From Leucoraja ocellata (taxonomy: Eukaryota): 64,000 nt of DNA. Both the position numbers and the translations under genes were made by a program. The stretch lies in contig JAWMAR010000367.1 of assembly GCA_036785375.1 (NCBI GenBank), positions 124,001-188,000 of the forward strand, given 5' to 3'. Positions within the stretch are counted from its first letter, which is position 1. Every line of letters starts with the position of its first letter. Under the pieces are notes generated by a model, which saw only the letters and a program-made list of their open reading frames with translations, searched no databases and had not been told where the DNA came from. Shown one piece after another: positions 62,080 to 64,000 of this stretch.

Positions 62080-64000
62080 CAAGTAGAATGGCAGTATTTA
62101 TACAAGGTACTCCAAAAATTTAATACGGGAGAGAATTTTATTAGATGGATTAAACTACTTTATGATAGACCTACGGCAAGAATATTAACTAACAATACGC
62201 TATCTCCAAAATTTTACTTATCAAGGGGTAATAGGCAAGGGTGTGCCTTATCACCATTGCTATTTGCCCTTATGATAGAACCGCTGGCCGAAAGGATTAG
62301 AAATCACCCGAATATTCACGGATATAACACTAAGGACTCAAAGAATAAAATTTCATTATATGCTGATGATATCCTTTTATATATTACTAATACACAAACG
62401 AGTATATCCGCCTTATTAACACTAATTGAGGAATTCGGCTCTTTTTCAGGATATAGAATAAATTGGAATAAAAGCGAAATTATGTCTTTAAAACCACAGG
62501 ATTCGAGACACTTACTAAAATTCCCCTTCAAAATTGCAACAGAAAAATTCAAATATCTGGGTATCCAAATTACTAGAAGACACAAATCATTATTTAGTGC
62601 CAATTTTATGCCACTATTAAATAAACTGAATGATACGATTACATTTTGGAAAACGCTTCCGCTCTCATTGATAGGTAGAATTAACGCTATAAAAATGACA
62701 TTCTTACCACAATTAATATATTTGTTTCAAGCGATCCCAATATAGATTCCAAAATATTTTTTCAAAAAACTAGATTCCACTATCACTAATTTTATATGGG
62801 ATTACAGAACACATAGAATTCAACAAAAGCATTTGGGGGTTTATCATTACCTAACTTTATGTATTACTACTGGGCAGTGCATGTTAAAAACATAATGTAC
62901 TGGCTGGATAGTTCCACTCAGCAGTTGGAGTGGATAAGAATGGAGAAAGAGGAGTGCTATCCGCACGATATAGGAACGATCCTGCTCTCACCGATAAAAT
63001 TGAATAGTATAATATATAAGAAGAACCCAATTATTCACAATATAATAAGAATTTGGAAACAAATAAAAGTATCCTTGAAATTAAATAATTTATCAGTACT
63101 AACCCCACTATTGAACAACCCCGCATTCAAACCATCTCTCATCGACAACACATATCAACAATGGGATAGACTGGGGATTAGGAAAGTAGGGGATATGTAT
63201 GAATTGGGCAAACTGTTATCATTTCAACAATTAAAATTAAAATTTAAATTGAAGGATAATCAATATTTTAAATATATAGAGGTATGTGACTTTATGAAGA
63301 AATATACACATAGATTTCAAACTATATTTTTAGACCCTTTAGAAGAAGCAATGAATATTAAGGCTGATTCACAAAAATTAATATCATACTTTTATAATAA
63401 TATATTAAATAGAGAATCACCCTCAACAGAAGCACTAAGGGAAGATTGGGAACATGAACTAATGATAAAGATCCCGAAGGATAGATGGGAAAAGTATCTG
63501 ATGAACACTGTTCTATTAATGCAAGACATAATTTAATTCAATTCAAATTATTACATAGACTATATTATTCAAAAACGAGGTTGAATAAATTCTACCCAAA
63601 CGTCTCTCCCAGATGCGATAAATGTTTGTTTCAAAACCCCAATATAACACATTAATTTGTAGGATGTACAAAGTTGAATAAATTTTGGAGCGATATATTT
63701 GATATATTTACAAAGCTTTTCAAGTCAAGAATAGAACCCAAAACGGAATGGATTATATTTGGAATAATAGGAGAAGATACCAATTTAAATAAAGACCAAA
63801 ATGTTTTTTTTAATTATGGGTTAATAATTGGAAAGACATTGATACTTAAATTTTGGAAAAATACAACCATACCAACTGTTAAAATGTGGATTAGGAATAT
63901 GATGGACATAGCACGCCTTGAAGAAATGAGACTCCGACTAATAGATAAATATGACCAATTCTTAAGGAGTTGGTCTCCTTTCATCGACTTTTTGGAATCA
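62080..64000 (+). mobile_element. L1/Tx1-clade LINE ORF2, 5'-truncated and disrupted
   Basis: QVEWQYL, RGNRQGCALSPLLF, LYADDIL, FSGYRINWNKS, FKYLGI; stop at 62743-62745 and frameshifts; C-terminal RCDKC...H zinc-knuckle remnant ~63610-63650. Confidence 0.9.

Overview
Vertebrate genomic DNA, almost certainly elasmobranch (skate/ray-like), judged from HE1/V-SINE, CR1(HER1)-like, Rex1/Babar, L2 and Penelope repeats that cover most of the window; it also has several N gaps. Four host genes can be assembled from splice signals. (1) A complete 3-exon PTGES (mPGES-1) on the minus strand (8947..3908, 149 aa, catalytic residues intact). (2) An antibody-like gene on the minus strand (33650..~27695) with a leader exon, ONE exon encoding a pre-joined V+J domain (no RSS, D or separate J) and three C1-set constant exons. 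It has no visible transmembrane exon, one unpaired Cys in the J 'GxG' bulge, and liver-type rather than octamer-type promoter motifs. It looks like a non-rearranging secreted Ig of the UrIg type; its first C exon carries two 1-bp deletions. (3) A RING/B-box...PRY-SPRY TRIM gene on the plus strand (39152..43116), with its coiled-coil exons not visible. (4) The 3' half of a second, convergent TRIM/B30.2 gene on the minus strand (55517..51226), with a DIRS1-type tyrosine-recombinase retrotransposon (57190..62079) and an L1/Tx1 fragment lying immediately upstream, probably within an intron. Penelope-associated repeats carry many minimal hammerhead-ribozyme motifs. All calls were made by eye, without database searches.
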